Shown here: one piece after another, positions 54,372-54,600 of the stretch
Layout of the letters: the number at the start of each line of letters is the position of its first letter
How positions within the stretch are numbered: position 1 is the first letter of the stretch
IMG/VR virus record: IMGVR_UViG_3300012943_000038
Location: 1-54,600 of that record
Origin: a virus
Taxonomy: Duplodnaviria > Caudoviricetes
Reading direction: 5' to 3' (one strand)
DNA: 54,600 bases
Translations under genes and position numbers: made by a program
Notes under the pieces: model-generated
What the model saw: the letters and a program-made list of their open reading frames with translations, nothing else
Told to the model about the DNA's origin: nothing
The model's database searches: none

Positions 54372-54600
54372 GCGACGTGATGACGGCCGGAGAGATCGTG
54401 TTGGCGAGCATGGGCGTGATCGCCTTGCGGGACACCCGGACGGAGATCGTCCAGTCCTCATCGCTCGCCGGAGCACCCTCGCGCAAACTGTCGCAGGTGT
54501 GCCTCGACCTGATCGCTCACAGCGACCGTGACGCCGACTGGCGGCCGGGCATCCCCGGCCGGATCGGAGTCCTCAACGACCGCGTGCAGGATGTCCTCAA
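54368..54600 (+). CDS. Hypothetical protein (continues at the window start to 220)
   Basis: AAGGAG RBS, ATGA overlap, open to the window end. Confidence 0.7.
   Translation, partial: MSDVMTAGEIVLASMGVIALRDTRTEIVQSSSLAGAPSRKLSQVCLDLIAHSDRDADWRPGIPGRIGVLNDRVQDVL
54478..54600. repeat. Terminal direct repeat, copy 2
   Basis: Identical to 1-123. Confidence 0.95.

Noticed and set aside
54478-54600. 123-bp terminal repeat as biological genome ends
   Set aside because: It falls in the middle of an ORF that reads through the junction, which is typical of assembler overlap.

Overview
The window is an apparently complete, circularly assembled ~54.5 kb high-GC siphovirus genome of actinobacteriophage type. 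Positions 1-123 repeat exactly at 54478-54600, inside one ORF, which indicates an assembly overlap. The minus strand from ~390 to 27165 carries the virion and lysis genes: terminases, portal, MuF-like fragment, an RHH-fused maturation protease flanked by two SAM methyltransferases and a GT4 glycosyltransferase, two capsid proteins, tail genes and a lysis cassette. 27184-36900 holds small accessory/early genes and one tRNA. A repeat-rich non-coding block lies at 36900-37620. It is followed by a leftward recombination operon (exonuclease, AAA ATPase, SSB) and a rightward replication arm (primase-helicase, SNF2 helicase, Pol A, VRR-NUC, two HNH genes, SPFH, DUF932). I found no integrase or repressor. 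The most notable items are a tRNA-Cys with the non-standard anticodon ACA alongside Cys-rich virion proteins, a tail protein fused to a beta-propeller and a PL7 alginate-lyase domain with a free propeller paralogue in the lysis cassette, an RHH-protease fusion with a dispersed TAGC-N3-GCTA promoter/operator family, and an octamer array with LexA-like boxes bordering a ~3 kb early block. All functional calls come from reading motifs by eye; no database search was run.
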